64,000 nucleotides of DNA from Candidatus Cryptobacteroides excrementavium (GTDB taxonomy: Bacteria > Bacteroidota > Bacteroidia > Bacteroidales > UBA932), in NCBI GenBank assembly GCA_017695025.1, contig JADILX010000082.1, positions 11,112 to 75,111 of the forward strand, given 5' to 3'. The translations under genes were made by a program, and so were the position numbers. The notes beneath the pieces were generated by a model that was not told where the DNA came from, did no database searches, and saw only the letters and a list, made by a program, of their open reading frames with translations. How positions within the stretch are numbered: position 1 is the stretch's first letter; each line of letters opens with the position of its first letter. This document shows positions 18,539 through 27,507 of this stretch, one piece after another.

Positions 18539-19537
18539 ATGGAAAGACTGAAGAAAAAACGCGGCCTTCTGGCCGGAGTCGTCGCCCTGATACTCATAGT
18601 GGCCGGTGTTGCCCTGGCCGGACTTGCCGCCTACAGGCCCGGGCCTGCCGTCATACAGGGTGAAGCGGAAGCCACAGACTACCGTATTTCAGGCAAGGTG
18701 CCTGGCAGGATAGAAAAATTCCTGGCAGAAGAAGGGCAATACGTACACAAAGGGGACACGCTCGTGGTGATAGACAGCCCTGAACTGCGGGCCAAGATTG
18801 CACAGGCGACAGCCCTCAGAAATGCCGCCGAAGCCCAGAACAGGAAAGTCGGGAAAGGGGCAAGACAAGAACAGGTGGCAGCCGCATATGAACTGTGGCA
18901 GCAGGCGGCGGCAGGAGAAGAGATTGCACAGAAGACATTCGGAAGGATGCAGCGCCTGTACGAAGAAAAGGTCATCAGTGCACAGAAATACGATGAGGCA
19001 GCAGCCGGATACAAGGCGGCAAAAGCCATATGCGCATCTGCCAGGTCCCAGTATGAAATGGCCGTCAACGGGGCGAGACAGGAAGACAGGGAGACCGCCG
19101 AAGCCCTTGCAAAGCAGGCAGAAGAAGCCCTGAAGGAAGCCGAGTCGTATCTCAGCGAACTCTATCTCACATCCCCTGCCGACGGAGCCGTCACGGCCAT
19201 CTATCCAAGAGCGGGAGAACTCGCCGGCCAGGGCGCCCCGTTAATGACTGTCACAGACCTCGATGACATATGGTTCACCTTCAATATCCGGGAAGACATG
19301 CTCGAAGGGCTCAGGACAGGCGACAGGATACGGGTGAGAATCCCGGCGCTCGGAGACGGAAAGACATGGGAGGCCGAAGTATATTTCATGGCCGCACGGG
19401 AATCCTACGCCACGTGGAGGGCCACCAGAGACTCAGGGAGTTTTGATGCCAGGACATTCGAGGTAAGGGCCCGTCCGTCAGAGAAAATCGATGGACTGAG
19501 ACCCGGGATGACAGCCATAGTCTCAAGCATGGAATGA
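18539..19537 (+). CDS. HlyD family membrane-fusion (periplasmic adaptor) protein
   Basis: 332 aa. N-terminal TM, a lipoyl-like GDTLVVIDSPEL segment, a long Ala/Gln-rich coiled coil, then a beta-barrel C-terminus. Confidence 0.88.
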   Translation: MERLKKKRGLLAGVVALILIVAGVALAGLAAYRPGPAVIQGEAEATDYRISGKVPGRIEKFLAEEGQYVHKGDTLVVIDSPELRAKIAQATALRNAAEAQNRKVGKGARQEQVAAAYELWQQAAAGEEIAQKTFGRMQRLYEEKVISAQKYDEAAAGYKAAKAICASARSQYEMAVNGARQEDRETAEALAKQAEEALKEAESYLSELYLTSPADGAVTAIYPRAGELAGQGAPLMTVTDLDDIWFTFNIREDMLEGLRTGDRIRVRIPALGDGKTWEAEVYFMAARESYATWRATRDSGSFDARTFEVRARPSEKIDGLRPGMTAIVSSME

Positions 19538-19538
19538 T

Positions 19539-20708
19539 ATGGACACGGCAGGAAAAATATTCTCTGTCATCAGGAGGGAACTGCGCATCATGAGGCAGAG
19601 GCCCGTATATCTTGCGGCATCGCTCGGAACGTTCATGTTCTGCACCGTATTCTTCCTGACTTTTTTCAGGGACGGCATACCACAGGACCTGCCCATAGGC
19701 ATCGTAGACAATGACGGCTCTGCATTGTCCAGAGAGTTCCGCCGTCAGACAGACGCCACCCAACTCGGACAGGCACAGGTCTTCGGCTCATATGCAGAAG
19801 CCAGGGAAGCCATGCAGCAGGGAAAAATCAACGCGTTCTGCGTCATCCCGGAAGAATTTGCCGAAGACGTGCAGGCTGGAAGACAGCCCCGCCTCACCTT
19901 CTATGTCAATCCCCTGTATTTTGTCGGGGGATCGCTCGCCTACAAGAACCTTCTCACCATGGTCAATCTGGCTTCAGGCGCGGTCCAGAGGGAAGTGCTT
20001 CTTGCAAAGGGGATGGACACGGAGTCTGCAATGGGGATGGTGCAGCCGATAACCATCGACCTGCATCAGATAGGGAATGCCACGGCCGACTATGGAGTAT
20101 ATCTCACCAATGTACTGCTCCCTGGTATCCTCGGCCTCATCATCATCCTTGTCACGGTCTATTCTGTCGGCTCGGAACTGAAATACGGCACTTCGAGGCA
20201 TCTGCTCGAAAAAGCCGGAGGCTCCACCATTCTGGCACTGACAGGAAAACTCATCCCCTACACGGCACTATATGTCATACTCGGACTCGCCTGCGATGTC
20301 GTCCTTTACCGGCTTGCCGGCTATCCGCTCAACGGGCATTTTATCAATATGGCAGCAGGCATGCTGCTGTTCATCCTTGCATGCGAAGCCACGGCTATAT
20401 TTATAATAGGTACGCTGCCGGTACTGAGGGTTGCCATCAGCGTCGCTGCAATCTACAGTGTCCTTGCATTCTCCCTTGCAGGATTTACATTCCCGGCAGA
20501 AGCCATGCCCCCATATGTAAGGGGTCTGTCCGCACTGTTTCCCCTTCGGCACTACTGGCTTTTCTACGTGCAGGAAGCCATCTTCGGCTCCGGTATCAGA
20601 GGATGGTGGATGGAGGCACTCCACCTCGCAGCCTTCCTTCTGTTGCCGTTCCCGGTGCTGAAAAGGCTTGGCAAGGCATACCGGCTGCTCGACTACCCGA
20701 GAGACTGA
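19539..20708 (+). CDS. ABC-2 type transporter permease (YhhJ/YbhS-like)
   Basis: 389 aa. One N-terminal TM, a large periplasmic domain, then 5 C-terminal TM helices. Confidence 0.8.
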   Translation: MDTAGKIFSVIRRELRIMRQRPVYLAASLGTFMFCTVFFLTFFRDGIPQDLPIGIVDNDGSALSREFRRQTDATQLGQAQVFGSYAEAREAMQQGKINAFCVIPEEFAEDVQAGRQPRLTFYVNPLYFVGGSLAYKNLLTMVNLASGAVQREVLLAKGMDTESAMGMVQPITIDLHQIGNATADYGVYLTNVLLPGILGLIIILVTVYSVGSELKYGTSRHLLEKAGGSTILALTGKLIPYTALYVILGLACDVVLYRLAGYPLNGHFINMAAGMLLFILACEATAIFIIGTLPVLRVAISVAAIYSVLAFSLAGFTFPAEAMPPYVRGLSALFPLRHYWLFYVQEAIFGSGIRGWWMEALHLAAFLLLPFPVLKRLGKAYRLLDYPRD

Positions 20709-20786
20709 CATGAATGGCAGGGCACAGCAGCAATCAATCCACCTGTTCCGCAACGGGCAGCCACAACATCGAAAGACATCAGAGAA

Positions 20787-22001
20787 ATGAGATTCAAAGA
20801 CAGATCAAGGAAATGGGGAAAAGACTGGTATAACGTCTTCACCACAGAACTAAAGACAATATTCAGCGACAGCGGGGTAATGATAATATTTTTCCTCGCC
20901 GGTCTCGCCTACCCTCTCATATACGGCATCATCTACGGAGGCGGAGTAGTCGAGGATACTCCAGTGGCCATCGTGGACAACTCATGCAGCCCGTCCAGCA
21001 GACGGTTCATACGCAAACTGGACGCCACCGCCGAAATCCGGGCGGCATACCGCTGTACCGGCATGGAAGAAGCGGAAAGGCTCATGCAGCAAAGGAAAGT
21101 GAACGGCATAGTATTTTTCCCGGAAGACTACGAGGATGCCATTGTCTCAAGACGGCAGGGCACGGTATCGGTATATGCCGACATGAGCAGTTTCCTCTAC
21201 TATAAAAACCTTCTGATGGCAGCAAACAGGGTAATGCTCGATGAAATGCACGACATCCAGACCTCAAGGTACAGTGAAGCCGGAATTACAGGGCAGACGG
21301 CCTCCCGACTTGTCCAGGCCATTCCGTATGACGAGAACATCCGGTACAACCCCGGCTTTGCCTACAATGTATTCTTTCTTCCCGCCGCACTGATGCTCGT
21401 CATCCAGCAGACAATGTTCTATGGCATGTCCATGCTCTCCGGAACGGCATGGGAAAACAGAAGGAGGCTTGTAAACAAAGACAAAGGCGCAGCCGTTACG
21501 CTGACAGGAAGAGGAGCAGCATATTTTCTCATATACATAGGGCTCGGGGTATATGTATCCATGCTCGTGCCGGCAATATTCGGTCTCCCTCAAAACGGGC
21601 GGCCAGGCGACATACTTGCCCTGCTTCTGCTGTATATAGCCGCTTGCGTAGCATTCAGCCTCACATTCAGCAGCCTGATACGGCACAGAGAGACTGTTTT
21701 CGTTCTCTTTCTCTTCCTTTCGCCGGTATGCCTGTTCCTGACAGGCTTTTCATGGCCGGAATCCGCATTCCCGCAATTCTGGAGACTGTTCTCATACATC
21801 TTCCCGTCAACGTTTGCAGCCCGCGGATTCATCAACATGAACTCCGCAGGCTGCACCCTGTCGATGACGGCCGTCCAGATGAAAGCTCTTGCCATACAGG
21901 CCGTCATATATAGTATTTCAGCATGGTACTGCACCAGAGCAGCAAGGGACAGAGCCCCGCTCCCCGATACCGGTACAGGACCGCTACCCCCTAAAGATTA
22001 G
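20787..22001 (+). CDS. ABC-2 type transporter permease (YhhJ/YbhR-like)
   Basis: 404 aa with the same topology as the preceding gene, to which it is paralogous. Confidence 0.8.
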   Translation: MRFKDRSRKWGKDWYNVFTTELKTIFSDSGVMIIFFLAGLAYPLIYGIIYGGGVVEDTPVAIVDNSCSPSSRRFIRKLDATAEIRAAYRCTGMEEAERLMQQRKVNGIVFFPEDYEDAIVSRRQGTVSVYADMSSFLYYKNLLMAANRVMLDEMHDIQTSRYSEAGITGQTASRLVQAIPYDENIRYNPGFAYNVFFLPAALMLVIQQTMFYGMSMLSGTAWENRRRLVNKDKGAAVTLTGRGAAYFLIYIGLGVYVSMLVPAIFGLPQNGRPGDILALLLLYIAACVAFSLTFSSLIRHRETVFVLFLFLSPVCLFLTGFSWPESAFPQFWRLFSYIFPSTFAARGFINMNSAGCTLSMTAVQMKALAIQAVIYSISAWYCTRAARDRAPLPDTGTGPLPPKD

Positions 22002-22986
22002 GGTTGATGGTCTTCCACTCTGATACAGGAGGGATAATGTTCAGGCTGATGATCTCATCACGCATCTTGCAGAGATGCTCGTATGAGGCATCAAGAGCCG
22101 CCATTTCTTCCTGGGTACCCTCTACCTGGCCATAATGCACACCCTCTGCATCAATCACTGTAGGCATGGCCATCATCACATTGCGGTATTTCCCGGTGTT
22201 GACATAGCATCCGGCAGGCCATTCGAACTTCTTGCCGCCCATTGCCGCTGCAATCATCTCGACTGACACATAGGCCGGGCTCTGGAACGATGACCGTCCG
22301 CGAAGTTCGATAATCCTCTTTCCGCCCTGGATGACATTGCCCTTGATCTCTTCCCACCTTACGAGAGGAAGTTTCGTCCCGAGAAGTTCGGAGAACGGCT
22401 TTCCGTCAACAGTAACCTTGGAGGCAAAGACAGCCATCTGCTCCCCGTGTCCGCCGTATGTATGGCAGTTCTTGACAGAGGACTGCTGTACCCCGAACTC
22501 CTTGGCGAGAGCGCTCTGGAGACGGGTGGAGTCGAGAGCCGCAAGAGTAGTCACCTGTGAAGGCTTCAGCCCTGAGTGCAGAAGTGTCACAAGCCCTGTA
22601 AGGTCTGCAGGGTTGAAGATGATGACCACATGCTTGACATCAGGACAATATGCCTTGATATCCTTGCCAAGCTGCTCTGCAATCTCGCAGTTGCCTTTCA
22701 GGAGGTCTTCACGGGTCATTCCCTGCTTGCGGGGAGCACCGCCGGAAGATATGACATACTTCGCTCCAGTCAGCGCTTCCTTCATGTCTGTGGTATACGT
22801 GATATTGGCCTCGTCAAATGCACAATGGTACATTTCCTCAGCAACACCTTCAAGGCCGGTGCCGAACGGGTCGTAAAGACATACATTCGGAGTAAGCCTC
22901 ATCATCATGGCTGTCTGGGCCATATTCGAACCGATCATGCCGGCTGCGCCCACAATGGTCAGTTTGTCATTTGTCAAGAAACTCAT
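21991..22986 (-). CDS. mdh: Malate dehydrogenase (LDH-like MDH family)
   Basis: 331 aa. IVGAAGMIGSNMAQT Rossmann start. Its 3' end overlaps the convergent permease gene by 11 bp. Confidence 0.88.
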   Translation of the reverse strand: MSFLTNDKLTIVGAAGMIGSNMAQTAMMMRLTPNVCLYDPFGTGLEGVAEEMYHCAFDEANITYTTDMKEALTGAKYVISSGGAPRKQGMTREDLLKGNCEIAEQLGKDIKAYCPDVKHVVIIFNPADLTGLVTLLHSGLKPSQVTTLAALDSTRLQSALAKEFGVQQSSVKNCHTYGGHGEQMAVFASKVTVDGKPFSELLGTKLPLVRWEEIKGNVIQGGKRIIELRGRSSFQSPAYVSVEMIAAAMGGKKFEWPAGCYVNTGKYRNVMMAMPTVIDAEGVHYGQVEGTQEEMAALDASYEHLCKMRDEIISLNIIPPVSEWKTINPNL

Positions 22987-23025
22987 AATAATATTGATTT
23001 AAAACATGTATTTTCTCACAACCTG

Positions 23026-23033
23026 CAAATATA
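23026..23033 (-). promoter_or_regulatory. -7 promoter box TATATTTG for mdh
   Basis: Exact TAnnTTTG match on the minus strand, 40 nt upstream of the mdh ATG. Confidence 0.45.
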
Positions 23034-23146
23034 ATAAAAAATCCGATGGCAATCAAGATGAACACGAAAACAGACAGACCGGCATGGAATAGACATCCCG
23101 TTAATAATGAGAGGGTCTAAAAATTTGCAAATACATTTTTCAATCG

Positions 23147-23154
23147 TAAATTTG
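23147..23154 (+). promoter_or_regulatory. -7 promoter box TAAATTTG for the lipoprotein gene
   Basis: Exact TAnnTTTG match, 61 nt upstream of the ATG at 23215. Confidence 0.4.
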
Positions 23155-23214
23155 CAAAAAACTGTACGGCTGCGCCTTAAGGCCCATACGGCAGCGCACC
23201 GGAAACAAGACAGC

Positions 23215-23667
23215 ATGATGAAAAAATATACATTCAAGATTATCTCAGCCGCAATCCTGTGTCTGGCTCTGGCCTCCTGCTCGAAATATGAAGGCGGCTG
23301 GGGCGGCGGATATGGCAACGGCTCCTGGCAAGGCCCCACAGAGCCTGTGAACGCCATTATAGGCACATGGAGTGCGACCCTGCATGACGGCAGCGAGGAA
23401 ACGACGGTCACATGGACATTCAATGCCAATGACTCCGCTGTCAAAAGGGTGACCGTAAGCCTAGGCTCAAATACGATAAGCGACGACAGTTCCGAATATT
23501 CCTATGAGTTCGAAGACGACACGCTCATACTCATATCCAAGGGAGTGGTAGAGGCCACCTACCACGTTGAGATATCCGGAAACAACATGCGCATGGGCAA
23601 CGAGGAGTCCGGCTACCTTGACTACACCAAGGAATTTCAGGCCATCCCGCTGGATTTCATGCAGTGA
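23215..23667 (+). CDS. Small lipocalin-like lipoprotein of unknown function
   Basis: MMKKYTFKIISAAILCLALASC provides a signal peptide and lipobox Cys. A GTWSATL lipocalin-like motif follows. The tracked start at 23107 is an unlikely extension. Confidence 0.7.
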   Translation: MMKKYTFKIISAAILCLALASCSKYEGGWGGGYGNGSWQGPTEPVNAIIGTWSATLHDGSEETTVTWTFNANDSAVKRVTVSLGSNTISDDSSEYSYEFEDDTLILISKGVVEATYHVEISGNNMRMGNEESGYLDYTKEFQAIPLDFMQ

Positions 23668-23691
23668 CAGAGGATATAATAAAAAAATGAC

Positions 23692-23699
23692 TATATTTG
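23692..23699 (+). promoter_or_regulatory. -7 promoter box TATATTTG
   Basis: Exact TAnnTTTG match, 25 nt after the lipoprotein stop and 236 nt upstream of the PPTase ATG. Confidence 0.4.
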
Positions 23700-23703
23700 C
23701 ACG

Positions 23704-23885
23704 AATTTAATTTTTGAGACACGTGGAACCTCCCAGTCCAATATTGACCAGTCAGGCCACGGCGGAACCGAAGTCAGAAGATCCGCTGTCGGACAGCATA
23801 TACGTTATATTGAACGCCACCTCCGAAGACGGTCCGGAGCATCTTTTAGTGTGCGCCTCAACGGTGCGCACCGGATTGTTGTATA
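23704..23885 (+). ncRNA. Candidate structured noncoding RNA or long 5' leader, family not recognised
   Basis: A coding-like, GC-rich ~180-nt stretch with no credible ORF. It contains several short stems: CGTGG/CCACG 23722-23761, GGCGGA/TCCGCT 23761-23787, GCTGT/ACAGC 23785-23797, CTCCG/CGGAG 23821-23839 and GTGCGC/GCGCAC 23851-23871. Confidence 0.25.
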
Positions 23886-23934
23886 TAGGCATCACGGGAG
23901 ACACGATTTCATGAATGTTTGACACATACAGATA

Positions 23935-24573
23935 ATGGGACTTTATTTTAGAAAGACACTTGAAGACAAGGCTGAAATCTCGGTATGGAAAATCACCGAG
24001 ACCGAAGACGAACTCATGAAACTGAGTTCCGTCCCCACCGATGAGATGGAGGAGATATCGCTGATACGCAACAGCAATGTCCGCAAGCAGAAACTCGCCG
24101 TCAGGGCCTTGCTCAACGAGGTTTTTGAAGACAAGGTGTATCTGAGCCACCATGACAACGGAAAGCCTTTCCTCGAGAACTGCATCACGAACATCAGCAT
24201 AACCCACACTGACAAATACGTGGCCATCATCACTCATCAGGAGGAAGACCTCGGCATCGACATGGAATGCATCGACAGGGACTTCACCGCCGTAAAGGAA
24301 AAGGCTCTCTCCGATGAGGAAAGGGAGGAACTCGAAGATGACGACAGGGTGCAGGAGCAGCTGGCCATCTACTGGTGCGCAAAGGAAGCCATCTTCAAAA
24401 GGATGTCCCAGAACAAGGTGGACTTCTCCGAGCAGATACTTGTCTCCCATTTCAACCCAAAAGACGAGGGGGAACTCGAAGCCACATTCATCCACAAGGA
24501 CGGCTATGAGGAAGAATTCGAACTCGGATACACCACATTTGACAGACATGTGCTCGTATGGGTCGTAGGATAG
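23935..24573 (+). CDS. 4'-phosphopantetheinyl transferase (Sfp type)
   Basis: 212 aa. GKPFL, SITHTDKYVA, GIDME and WCAKEAIFK are the PPTase superfamily signature blocks. Confidence 0.85.
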   Translation: MGLYFRKTLEDKAEISVWKITETEDELMKLSSVPTDEMEEISLIRNSNVRKQKLAVRALLNEVFEDKVYLSHHDNGKPFLENCITNISITHTDKYVAIITHQEEDLGIDMECIDRDFTAVKEKALSDEEREELEDDDRVQEQLAIYWCAKEAIFKRMSQNKVDFSEQILVSHFNPKDEGELEATFIHKDGYEEEFELGYTTFDRHVLVWVVG

Positions 24574-24630
24574 CCCTGCAAAACAAAAGTGTTATGCAAA
24601 TTTGAATTTTTCCAATTTAACACATCATAT

Positions 24631-24664
24631 AACACCCTGTTGACAAACAAGTTAACAGGGTGTT
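24631..24664 (+). terminator. Perfect 11-bp (extendable to 14-bp) hairpin between the PPTase gene and nrdD
   Basis: AACACCCTGTT(gac aaacaa gtt)AACAGGGTGTT. There is only a weak T tract after it (TTTCC), so it could be a terminator or an operator. Confidence 0.35.
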
Positions 24665-24722
24665 TCCGTATATGTTGATAACTTTTAACAGGCGTTTCCT
24701 GACATGGTACAGATATTTGGAC

Positions 24723-24730
24723 TATATTTG
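24723..24730 (+). promoter_or_regulatory. -7 promoter box TATATTTG for nrdDG
   Basis: Exact TAnnTTTG match, 50 nt upstream of the nrdD ATG. A near copy, GATATTTG, lies at 24710-24717. Confidence 0.45.
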
Positions 24731-24779
24731 TCGTCACTTCTCAGACAGGGAATCACACTATTAAAACGAATCATCAGTC

Positions 24780-26987
24780 ATGGTCAAGCATGTAATCAAG
24801 CGTGACGGCAGAATCGTCGACTTTGACAAGAGGAAGATAGTCGACGCCGTCCTCAAGGCAATGGACGTAACAGAGGCAGGAGAAGACATAGTGCTCGCTG
24901 CCGAAATAGCCGCAGTCATCTCAAAGATAGACAAGGACAGCATGAGTGTGGAGGAAATCCAGGACAATGTGGAGATGGAACTCATGAACAGCCCGAGGAA
25001 GGAAGTCGCCAAGAAATACATCGCATACAGAAACCAGCGCAACCTTGCCAGAAAGGCCAAGTCCCGTGAGATATTCAAGGAGATAATCGAGGCCCAGGCT
25101 ACGGATGTGACAAGGGAAAACGCCAACATGAATGCCGATACCCCTGCCGGCATGATGATGAAGTTCGCCTCTGAGTCGACCAAGTCCTTCGTGGATGAGT
25201 GCCTTCTTTCGGAAGACGTGAAAGAAGCCGTACAGAACTCATACATCCACATCCATGACAAGGACTACTATCCGACGAAGAGCCTGACATGCGTACAGCA
25301 CCCTCTCGACAAGATTCTCAAGAACGGGTTCTTTGCCGGACACGGGGAGTCCCGCCCGGCAAAAAGAATCGAGACCGCCAGCATACTCGGATGCATCTCC
25401 ATGGAGACCGTCCAGAACGAGATGCACGGAGGACAGGCCATCCCGGCATTCGACTTCTACATGGCACCGTTCGTAAGAAAGACATTCCATGAGGAGATCA
25501 ACAACATCAGCGAGATGACAGGTGTCGACTACAGCCATCTGAAGGATGTGCCCATCGATGACTATATCAAGCGGGATCTTCTTGGCATCCAGGGAGAGGA
25601 AAGGGTCATCCAGCATGCCATCAACATGACTGTAAGCCGGGTACACCAGTCCATGGAGGCCTTCGTACACAATATGAATTCCATACATTCCCGCGGAGGC
25701 AACCAGGTCGTCTTCAGTTCCATCAACTACGGTACCGATACATCTGCTGAAGGACGCTGCGTCATCAGAGAGATTCTCAACACCACATATGAAGGGGTCG
25801 GCAATGGCTCCACTGCCATCTTCCCTATCCAGATATGGAAAAAGAAACGCGGTGTAAGTTATCTGCCGGAAGACAAGAACTACGACCTCTACAAGTTTGC
25901 CTGCAAGGTATCAGCAAGGAGATTCTTCCCGAATTTCCTCAACCTTGACGCCACATTCAACCAGCACGAACTCTGGAGAGCGGACGACCCGGAAAGATAC
26001 CAGTATGAAGTTGCCACAATGGGCTGCCGTACAAGAGTATTCGAGAACCGCTTCGGCCCGAAGACATCCATCGGCAGGGGCAACCTTTCATTTACAACCA
26101 TCAATCTGGTACGCCTTGCCATCGAATGCATGGACGAGCCTGACCAGACTGAAAAGATAAAGAAATTCTTCCACAAACTCGACTGGGCGCTCGACATTAC
26201 GGCCAGACAACTCTGCGAAAGATACAACTTCCAGAAGACTGCGCTCAAGAAGCAGTTCCCTCTGCTGATGGGGGCACTGTGGCTCGGAAGCGAGAATCTC
26301 AAGGAAGATGACACCATAGAGTCCGTCATCAATCAGGGTACACTCGGAATGGGATTCATAGGACTCGCCGAGGCTCTTATAGCCCTCACCGGCAAGCATC
26401 ACGGAGAGTCTGACGAAGCCCAGCAACTCGGCCTGCGTATCGTCACATACATGAGAGACAAGGCCAACGAGTATTCAGAGAAGTTCCAGCACAATTTCAG
26501 TGTACTTGCGACCCCTGCAGAAGGCCTCGCCGGCAAATTCACCAAGGCCGACAGGAAAAAGTTCGGAGTCATCCCTGGAGTGACAGACAAAGAGTACTAC
26601 ACCAACTCCAACCACGTACCTGTCTACTACCATTGTACGCCTAAGCACAAGGCTGAAGTGGAGGCCCCATACCATGCGCTGACTACAGGAGGACATATCT
26701 TCTATGTGGAAATCGACGGGGACGCCACACACAACCCTGAGGCCATCATGGCCATCGTAGACCTCATGGACAAATACAACATGGGATACGGTTCTGTCAA
26801 CCACAACAGGAACAGGTGCATGGACTGCGGGTTTGAGAATGCCGATGAAGACCTGGAGGAATGCCCTAAATGCCACAGCCACAGGATAGACAGGCTCCAG
26901 AGAATTACCGGCTATCTTGTCGGCACCACCGACAGGTGGAACAGTGCAAAACTGGCTGAACTTAAAGACCGCGTTGTCCATAAGTGA
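24780..26987 (+). CDS. nrdD: Anaerobic ribonucleoside-triphosphate reductase (class III)
   Basis: 735 aa. N-terminal ATP-cone (VIKRDGRIVDFDKRKI), a C-terminal Cys4 zinc site (CMDCG...CPKC) and the glycyl-radical motif RITGYL. Confidence 0.96.
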   Translation: MVKHVIKRDGRIVDFDKRKIVDAVLKAMDVTEAGEDIVLAAEIAAVISKIDKDSMSVEEIQDNVEMELMNSPRKEVAKKYIAYRNQRNLARKAKSREIFKEIIEAQATDVTRENANMNADTPAGMMMKFASESTKSFVDECLLSEDVKEAVQNSYIHIHDKDYYPTKSLTCVQHPLDKILKNGFFAGHGESRPAKRIETASILGCISMETVQNEMHGGQAIPAFDFYMAPFVRKTFHEEINNISEMTGVDYSHLKDVPIDDYIKRDLLGIQGEERVIQHAINMTVSRVHQSMEAFVHNMNSIHSRGGNQVVFSSINYGTDTSAEGRCVIREILNTTYEGVGNGSTAIFPIQIWKKKRGVSYLPEDKNYDLYKFACKVSARRFFPNFLNLDATFNQHELWRADDPERYQYEVATMGCRTRVFENRFGPKTSIGRGNLSFTTINLVRLAIECMDEPDQTEKIKKFFHKLDWALDITARQLCERYNFQKTALKKQFPLLMGALWLGSENLKEDDTIESVINQGTLGMGFIGLAEALIALTGKHHGESDEAQQLGLRIVTYMRDKANEYSEKFQHNFSVLATPAEGLAGKFTKADRKKFGVIPGVTDKEYYTNSNHVPVYYHCTPKHKAEVEAPYHALTTGGHIFYVEIDGDATHNPEAIMAIVDLMDKYNMGYGSVNHNRNRCMDCGFENADEDLEECPKCHSHRIDRLQRITGYLVGTTDRWNSAKLAELKDRVVHK

Positions 26988-27003
26988 TTTCACGGCATAT
27001 ATC

Positions 27004-27507
27004 ATGAAAATCAGAGTTCTGGACATATTGGAGGAGACCATGGCCGACGGCCCTGGTCTCCGTACTTCAATATATTGTGCCGGATGCCTGCACCATTGTC
27101 CAGGCTGCCACAATCCCCAGTCCTGGGATATGGACGGAGGCCAGGAAATGGATGTGGATGATATCCTCAAGGTCATCCTCGATGACGAGTTCAGCAATGT
27201 GACATTTACAGGAGGGGATCCTCTATATCAGGTTGAAGCATTCACAGAACTTGCCCGTAAGATAAAGGAGCGTTCATCCAAGACAATCTGGTGCTATACC
27301 GGCTTTACAATCGAAGAGATCCGGGCAGACGGAAGACTGTCCATGATATTGCCTTACCTGGATGTAATTGTAGACGGACCGTTCATCATGGCACTCAGAG
27401 ACAAGGAACTGCTTTTCAGGGGCAGTTCCAATCAACGCATAATATATCTGCATGGAAAAGAGGAAGATATCATTCCGGGCACTGTGAAGACAGTACCTGT
27501 GAAATGA
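27004..27507 (+). CDS. nrdG: Anaerobic ribonucleotide reductase activating protein (radical SAM)
   Basis: Starts MKIRVLDILEET. Has the CLHHCPGCHN CxxxCxxC cluster and GSSNQRII. The tracked start at 26917 lies inside nrdD. Confidence 0.92.
   Translation: MKIRVLDILEETMADGPGLRTSIYCAGCLHHCPGCHNPQSWDMDGGQEMDVDDILKVILDDEFSNVTFTGGDPLYQVEAFTELARKIKERSSKTIWCYTGFTIEEIRADGRLSMILPYLDVIVDGPFIMALRDKELLFRGSSNQRIIYLHGKEEDIIPGTVKTVPVK

Noticed and set aside
21991-22001. Convergent 3'-end overlaps: mdh versus the ABC-2 permease (11 bp), and nrdG versus the SDR gene (38 bp, at 27470..27507).
   Set aside because: Short convergent overlaps are common in compact genomes and need no special mechanism. The nrdG/SDR case is mentioned under the SDR finding and is not raised as a separate signal.
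23704-23885. Whether the candidate ncRNA is SRP (4.5S) RNA, 6S RNA, RNase P RNA or tmRNA.
   Set aside because: The stretch CCAGTCAGGCC...GGAA...AAG superficially resembles SRP domain IV, but the GGAA is not closed by a proper helix and the conserved AGCA side is missing. There is no GAGGAAAGUCC (RNase P), no tRNA-like end or tag ORF (tmRNA), and no long 5'/3' closing helix (6S). Its identity is left open.
23714-23914. 66-codon TTG-initiated ORF inside the GC-rich spacer upstream of the PPTase gene.
   Set aside because: It has a non-ATG start, no hydrophobic or otherwise recognisable pattern, and spans the hairpin-rich region. I consider a noncoding function or a decayed remnant more likely, so I did not call it as a CDS.
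24621-24680. Possible NrdR boxes upstream of nrdD.
   Set aside because: The AT-rich segments near ACACATCATATAACAC are not palindromic as I recall NrdR boxes being, and no tandem pair with the expected spacing was seen. I cannot support this call.
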